In this document: one piece after another, positions 20,306 through 25,988 of the stretch
Position numbering within the stretch: position 1 is the first letter of the stretch
Layout of the letters: each line of letters begins with the position of its first letter
Assembly (NCBI GenBank): GCA_024704765.1
Contig: JAKMXF010000308.1
Span: 352,622-378,609, forward strand
Source: Oopsacas minuta
Taxonomy: Eukaryota > Animalia > Porifera
DNA: 25,988 bases
Direction: 5' to 3'
The notes under the pieces: generated by a model
Seen by the model: the letters and a program-made list of their open reading frames with translations, nothing else
Databases searched by the model: none
Told to the model about the DNA's origin: nothing
Translations under genes and position numbers: made by a program

Positions 20306-22670
20306 ATGTCTGCCTACAAACACAAAGTGGGGCGCAGAAACGAGATGCTGCTGCTTCCACAGAGCGTTATATATCAAAGCTGCCAAAACTTGACAACTTC
20401 TTCGCACCAACACAACCGCACTACAGCCCCAGGATGGGACTATACAACCAACACAATCTAATAATGATCTTGGACAATTGCAGCAGGTAGATGAGGAGCT
20501 TAATTTTTCTGCTGGAGAAGACAGTTCACCTCCTCTCGTAATTTCTCAATTGTCTATACATTTGAAAGATCCGTCAACTTGGCGTGAATCGCTAAATTCT
20601 GCTCCAGAAATGACAGACAAGCTAATTCGACTAGGCCCTGCTGCTGCGCACAACCGCTCAACGAGTTATCCGGCATCGAAGAGGGTATACAATGATGGTG
20701 AGTCCAGATATTTTCAGAACAAAATGCTCATTGTTGAATATGCAAATGGCGAATTGGGCAAGCGTGAATGGCTCTGCTACTCACCGTTGTCGGGTAATGT
20801 ATACTGCTTCCAATGCACTATTATGTTGACTACATCGAAAGAATCCAACAATTCCTTCGTACAAGGCTTCATTGACTGGAGACACTTCGACCGAATGTTT
20901 ATTGGTCACAGGTTCTAAAGAGAGTATTGCTGTAGTAAAATTCCTTGGATCCAATGGATTGGCTTTCCGCGGAACCGATGAGAGATTCAATAGTATTACC
21001 TCAGGCAACTATATTAACACCCTAAAGCTTCTTGCAAAGTTCGATGCATTCATTGCTGGTCACATCGCCAAATACGCGGACAAAGGGCGCGGGAGTGTAT
21101 CATATTTATCTTCCACTATTGCTGATGAGTCCATCGCTGTGATCGCAGAGAAAATAACTGATACGATCGTAGCTGAATTAAAAAAGGCAAAATATTACTC
21201 CATCAGTGTTGACTCAAGCCCAGATATCAGTCATGTAGACCAGCTTGTGGTCGTGATCCGTTATATTCACCCCCATCGACATGAACCTGTCGAACGCTTT
21301 CTTACCTTCATCCCATTTTCTCACACACTGGGCAGTCACTTGCAAATGTAACACTCGAATTACTTCATAGACTAAGAATTGATCTTGGAGGCATGAGGAG
21401 ACATGTTACGATAACGCTGCAAATATGTCTAGCAAGTATAACGGAATGTAAAAGAAAATTCTTGAACATGCCCCTCTTGCAATTTATCTTCCATGCTCAC
21501 CATACTCTCTAAATTTGGTAGGATAGGCAGCAGTTTCATCTGTCGATAGAGCGACGATTTTTTTCAGTTTCATACAAAACGTGTATACTTTTTCACCGCA
21601 TCCACTCACCGATGGAAAGTATTGACCGATCACTTTGGAGATAAACTAGTACCAAAGAATCTCGCTGATACGCGATGGTCAGTGCACGCTCAGGCGATAA
21701 GCGCTTTGAAAGAAGGTTATGATCAGCTGGACGTGGCATTGCAGGAAATTGCAAACGACTTGCAACAAAAGCCATCTACTCGACATGAAGCTGAAAATCT
21801 GTCTGCTACACTGTCCATCTGGGATGTCCCACTTCTTACAGAATTGTGGAATCAAATACTGCATCGAATCAACAGCGTCAACAAATGCCTTCAAGATGCT
21901 TCATTAGACCTTAGTGAAACATATCTCCTAAATTCATTGGTTGGATACTTCAAGTCATTGAGGGAACGCTCCACTGCGATTCTGTTAGATGCAAATAATA
22001 TTTCGCAAAAGGAAAGAAAAGATCCTTCCCGAGGGAGCTGTAAACATCGAGGGCAACATTCAACCAGCAAAATTGATTTATTCAGGATCAATGTATTTCT
22101 ACCAATTATAGACCTCCTCATTGTGGAACTGATTCGTCGTACAGAGGTCTACAAGGATGTCTACTCATTGTTTGGCTTTCTGATTAATTTATGCGCGACC
22201 GCCCCAAGAGAAGAAGTTGTTGAGAAGGTTCAACATTTGATATCCAAATATCCTGAAGACCTCAAAGACATCCATGAAATTATTGAGGAGGTCATACATT
22301 ATCGTATTCTCATGTCAGTTGTGCCTAGGGAAGAGCTGAGGATAAAGTGCACTTCTAGGAATCTCGGTGATGATAATCGTATAAGCTTCGGCGGTGTATA
22401 TCTCTATTTGTGCAACCATAGCATCGACAGCGTATTTCCCAATGTCACCATAGCATTGCGAATTTGTTTGACTATCATGTGCGCGGTAGCGACTGATGAA
22501 CGATGTTTTAACTACATGAAACATCTAAAAAATGTACTACGCACATCAATGTCAGAGGATCGATTCACTGATCTAGCTATGATTACGATTGAGCGGGAGC
22601 TATTGGAAGAAACCGACGACAAAGAAATTATCTCTAAATTTGTGGATCAAAAATTCGCAAAAATCTATGA
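20306..22670 (+). pseudogene. hAT transposase (ZMYM1-like: TTF-type zinc finger, DUF4371, dimerisation domain), frameshifted
   Basis: MSAYKHK..GAQKR..LPKLDNFF; REWLCYSPLSGNVYCFQC; LAFRG..SGNY..LLAKFD; YYSISVDSSPD; YDNAANMS; CxxH degraded to CSPY; ADTRWS; FPNVTIALRICLTI..ATDERCFN..KNVLRTSMSEDR. The ORF-track hits 20478, 20872 and 21622 are pieces of it. Confidence 0.93.
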
Positions 22671-22671
22671 A

Positions 22672-22760
22672 TCTATATTATTAAATCTGCATTTTGTCTG
22701 TTTGTCTGTCTGTTTGTTTGTTTGTCCGTTGTCAAGGAAAGGCTCGAACGGAAGGTAACG
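22672..22760 (+). repeat. Helitron-like 5' terminal fragment with (TGTY)n microsatellite inside the hAT 3' end
   Basis: A|TCTATATTATTAAATCTGCATTTTGTCTGTTTGTCTGTCTGTTTGTTTGTTTGTCCG resembles the TC-start plus GTCT/GTTT microsatellite of non-autonomous Helitrons. No 3' CTRR found. Confidence 0.45.
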
Positions 22761-24544
22761 CACAGGGCCCGCAATATGCTTAATCCGGCCCTGTGTATTA
22801 CTAGTGTGGTTAGTAATCAGCAGCCATGAAACAAAGGGAAAATTACTTTTTAATAAGCTTTGTTGTTAGTAGTAAAGTATTTCTATACATGTGAGGTGCC
22901 AATTAACAACTAGATAATATGAGGATATAACTCCAGCAGGCTTCAACCAATGACTGGATGTGTGAGGTTTCTGTTGAAAAGCTTTCCAGCTGGCAACAAC
23001 ATTATAATATGAAAATAACTATAAACAACCAATGATGGGGAAGATAATACCCTCAAAAAGATAATCCCTATCGTAGTTGGTTTATAATTATTTTCTAATA
23101 AGTATCGAGAATACCCATCCGGGGTGTAAACTATTGTACATTATATCCATCCTAAATTGGCAGAATGTTCTAATAAATGCGAAAATAATTAAATACTCAC
23201 TCACAATTATAGGGGGGATTATTCCCCTTTGCCTAATTCATGGGGGGATGAGTGCCCCCATCCCCCTCACTTCCGACGCCCCTGTATGTATAATTAGATA
23301 TTAATCATATTAAACACTACATATACTTTTATCAAGTCAATTGTGACATTTATTGGTAGTATGAATCTAGATACAACATACTTTTTTAGTGGATATTTCA
23401 TCATTTTTAGCAGGCTAGAAATCATATCTTTGAAATTATGAAATCTTGTTTTTTAGTAAACCATAATATTTAATCCATTATTTTGTATAAGAATAACCTT
23501 ACACAATTTGGTGGATACTCAATTTGGGCGGTAGCATATATAAATATATATATATTGATACACATACATGTATATAGATAATTGCGCTTTACAGTATAGA
23601 TCGATATTTTACTATTCACACAAGCTCTATCTACAAAAATTTCACAACGAAATGGCGTCATCTTTTTTATTACTAAACAAAATTTCTTGACCAAATTTCT
23701 GCAGTTTAGAAACTTCGTCAATAGATAATCCATAATTTATACTACAAAATTCACACAAGGGGATCTAGAGAATTTACCATACAAAATATAACAAATTTAT
23801 CATGATAAAGTTCGAGCGACCTTCAGAGATAGTAGTGACGATGGATGGCATATTTTTTGCCAATAAACACCCATAACTTGATAACTTTCAATGTTATGGC
23901 CGAATTATCTGACACATATATATTTAGTATATACCCTGACCTCCCATTTCCTGCTAATAAATTTGATGTGATATCTGAGAAGATTATGACGTCTAGGAAA
24001 TGCCCATATATGGTATTATTGATGTCTGCACAATATTCTTCGGAGATATCATATCATACTGTATTTTCAAGGTAAGGAAAGTCGGGTATTCACTATATCT
24101 CAGTAGAATGATTGGCCCTAACAATTGAAGTTTTAAGGTATTAGCGAATATAGGCAAAATGTGACATCCATGGTTACTACTATAAACCTGGAACGCGGCA
24201 ACTTTACAATGACAAATTTTTTATAATTTGTATGGAAAAATCATTAGGACCCGTGATGTGAATTTCGTACTGGAAATTTATGGATTATCCTTATGTGAAG
24301 TTCCTAACTTGGCAACATTTTGGTTAAGGAATTTGTCTAGTAAGCAAACAGATGACGTCATTTCGTTTTGAAATTTTTTGTAGATAGAGGTTGTGCGTAC
24401 TGTAAATATCAATAATACACTTAATCAGACCAAAGTGTACCATTTTGATGGTACCGTAACGAGTAGAATTCAATATGTAAATATATGGACTTCCTTTAAT
24501 CCATGGTACCGGAAAATACAGTTGGTGAACTGGCCTTATATAAC

Positions 24545-25029
24545 CTAGTGTTGGTCAGAAAAGACCACCCGGAATATCCACCTGGAAAAAAACAGGAAAA
24601 TCTTCTGACGATAATCACCATGTGTGACTTATTTCATGGCACATTTTGAGAGAATGATTTTCTAAAGAGATTTTACTTTTTTATTACCTCTTGTTGTTGA
24701 AATTTCGGACTATAACTCTTCTATACTGGGTTCCTAATGTGACAGAGGTTTGTAGAATATCAACTTAATGAACTGACATGTTTGTTTAGATAAGATATTG
24801 TGAAAGAGAATATCCCTAATAACTAATCAATATTCATTTCGTTTCAAGCATTTCATGAATTGAATTTAGATAGTGAAGAAATCGCATCCTAAATTTACAG
24901 AAACATAATAATTATATGTAACCTAATTTTTTACCTAATCAGCAGAAAATGCAGAAAAGACCAGAAAAGCCGGGTTTTTCCCACCTGTCTCGGTCTATTC
25001 TAGAAAAGGGTGGTTGTATCCGAACACTG
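24545..25029. mobile_element. hAT MITE (485 bp) inserted in the tip of the right arm of element A
   Basis: Perfect 8-bp TSD TATATAAC (24537-24544 and 25030-25037). Termini CTAGTGTTGG and reverse complement CAGTGTTCGG. CAGAAAAG(A/C)CC subterminal motifs at both ends. Arm A homology resumes after the TSD (GTAGGTTACA). Confidence 0.8.
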
Positions 25030-25244
25030 TATATAACGTAGGTTACAGTTGTTTACAATAAATAATAACACGTGGTGATAATAAATATATACGGCCTGGC
25101 AGCAACTGGGCCAGGGATTCGTAACCCGATGGAACATATTTCTTGGTATCGATATTACAGAAACCTATCGAGTTTGTACTCCATAATTGTACAACAACAA
25201 ATGACCAACCATTATGTGCTAAAAATTTCAGGAATTTATCAAAA

Positions 25245-25852
25245 CTAGCGCGCATCCTTGCTATGTCGCTAGGGGATAGCTTAGTGCCTCATGGTGGCTT
25301 GAGTATTGAACAGCTAATTTTCTTACTACTCTTGGGCGCAACGCGACGGTATCTACTATGAAATAGCAGAAATTTTGATTATCCATGGTCCATCGAAATT
25401 CTATATAATAGCCGACAGCAATAATATTAGAGGTGATAGGTAGCTTTTTGGTTTTTTAATCTTGGTATTTTGTGCTTCGAGCATTATGAAATTCTGAAAA
25501 ATATCGAAATTCGGTGAATTTTGATTATTTAGTAAAAAGTCTTGATGTAATAATCCAATTATAAGTTAGTATTTAGCCCAAATTATGATGTCAGGACATT
25601 TTACACATTGAGGGTTCCTTGAGATTAAATCTTCAAGCCTCAATCAAGTATATTGGCTAAGCCGTGGCTAAATAATGTGATATTACGAGAGTACAAAAAG
25701 GTGACCATTACGTCATAATTTCGTCATAGGTATGAATTTTCGTCCAAGACTTAAATTAGTCTGAGCCAGCCCAAAATACCCCTGTGTGCAAATATCAGCC
25801 ATGGGGGTCTTTCAGTTTCTTTAATCAATTCGAACATACAAACATATATATA
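25245..25852 (-). mobile_element. Helitron-like element B, copy 2
   Basis: Starts (plus strand) A|CTAGCGCGCATCCTTGCTATGTC, like A|CTAGTGCGCTTCGCTTGCTAGTC of copy 1. Shared blocks include TTATC(A/C)ATGG(C/T)CCATCGAAA, GAATTTTCGTCCAAGACT and CCATGGGGGTC. Ends in a (TA)n tract. Confidence 0.68.
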
Positions 25853-25988
25853 CAGTGTGTTCGGAAATTATTGGGACTGATTATAAATGTATTCTACTAT
25901 GAATTCATGACTCGTAGAGATTTCTCGTTTTAACACTAAGTTAAAATACATATAGTTGAAGAAAAACTAGCATTATTATCACATTCAA
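25853..25988. mobile_element. Probable left end of a TA-targeting (Tc1/mariner-like) element inserted in the (TA)n of B copy 2
   Basis: TA|CAGTGTGTTCGGAAATTATTGGGAC starts exactly where B homology stops. The other end lies outside the window. Confidence 0.35.

Larger units (their letters stand above)
19905..22793 (+). mobile_element. Full-length formerly autonomous hAT element (2889 bp)
   Basis: TIRs CAGGGCTGGATTA and reverse complement CAGGGCCGGATTA (12/13). TSD TGTACTAA (19897-19904) and TGTATTAC (22794-22801), 6/8. Contains the transposase relic. Confidence 0.9.
19706..23284. mobile_element. hAT MITE (~680 bp net) containing a second hAT element
   Basis: TIR CAGGGGCGTC at 19706 and GACGCCCCTG ending 23284 (10/10). 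TSD TATGTAAA (19698-19705) and TATGTATA (23285-23292), 7/8. TTCATGGGGG motif near both ends. Confidence 0.85.
16005..23536. mobile_element. TIR element C with TG...CA termini inserted in a (TA)n tract (~1.15 kb net); possible Ginger2-type transposon
   Basis: Left TGTCACCGTCCAAATTGAG-GAAGGTTATTCTTATATAA vs right reverse complement TGCTACCGCCCAAATTGAG-(16-nt insert)-TAAGGTTATTCTTATACAA (16/19 and 17/19). Homology 16005-16075 vs 23451-23536. TATA on both flanks. Confidence 0.6.
15460..23578 (-). mobile_element. Non-autonomous Helitron-like element B, copy 1 (~590 bp net), split by element C
   Basis: Minus strand reads A|TCTATATAC (23578) ... GCGAAGCGCA-CTAG|T (15460). Inserted between A and T with no TSD. 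Body 15460-15996 is homologous to 25245-25850 and shares the same CTAG boundary with different flanks. Confidence 0.65.
15318..25047. mobile_element. Foldback-like long-TIR element A (~1.1 kb net), swollen to ~9.7 kb by nested insertions
   Basis: Left arm = 15318-15459 joined to 23579-~23950. Right arm = ~24070-24544 plus 25038-25047. Arms align as inverted repeats by eye (about 70-80%) around a ~120-bp spacer. Outer tips are approximate and no TSD was resolved. Confidence 0.72.

Noticed and set aside
16387-22670. RIP-like CpA-to-TpA hypermutation suggested by CAA/CAG-derived stop codons
   Set aside because: Any transition-generated nonsense codon arises from CAA, CAG, CGA or TGG, so this is uninformative. 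Frameshifts are equally common and the host does not look fungal.
24519-24549. Hairpin CAGTT-GGTG-AACTG followed by CTAG|T, suggesting a Helitron 3' end for element A
   Set aside because: The CTAG is the left terminus of a hAT MITE (perfect TATATAAC TSD). A's arm continues after 25037 and A is an inverted-repeat element.
1-25988. CRISPR array, rRNA/tRNA genes, prokaryotic or viral operon
   Set aside because: No regularly spaced direct repeats, no recognisable structural RNA, and gene density and content are eukaryotic.

Overview
AT-rich eukaryotic (most likely animal) genomic DNA with one real gene: an intact 7.4-kb ORF on the minus strand (6399-13856) encoding TOR/mTOR kinase (HEAT repeats, FAT, FRB, PIKK kinase, FATC) with no intron needed in the coding region. 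The true start is probably Met26 (13781), just behind a putative 5'-UTR intron. Roughly half of the window is decayed DNA transposons: three hAT transposase relics, several hAT non-autonomous elements with 8-bp TSDs, two mariner (DD34D) elements, a KRBA2/SCAND3-like (Ginger2-type) integrase relic, Helitron-like repeats and two long-inverted-repeat (foldback) elements. The most striking structure is a ~9.7-kb nested cluster (~15.3-25.05 kb). By-eye reconstruction from TIRs, TSDs and split homologies gives foldback element > Helitron-like element > TG..CA TIR element > (mariner inside mariner; integrase relic interrupted by a hAT; hAT inside a hAT MITE). A separate three-tier nest lies at 2.6-4.1 kb. 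No rRNA, tRNA, CRISPR or prokaryotic operon signal was recognised. All alignments were done by eye, so boundaries are approximate unless a TSD fixes them. The host species cannot be identified from this window.
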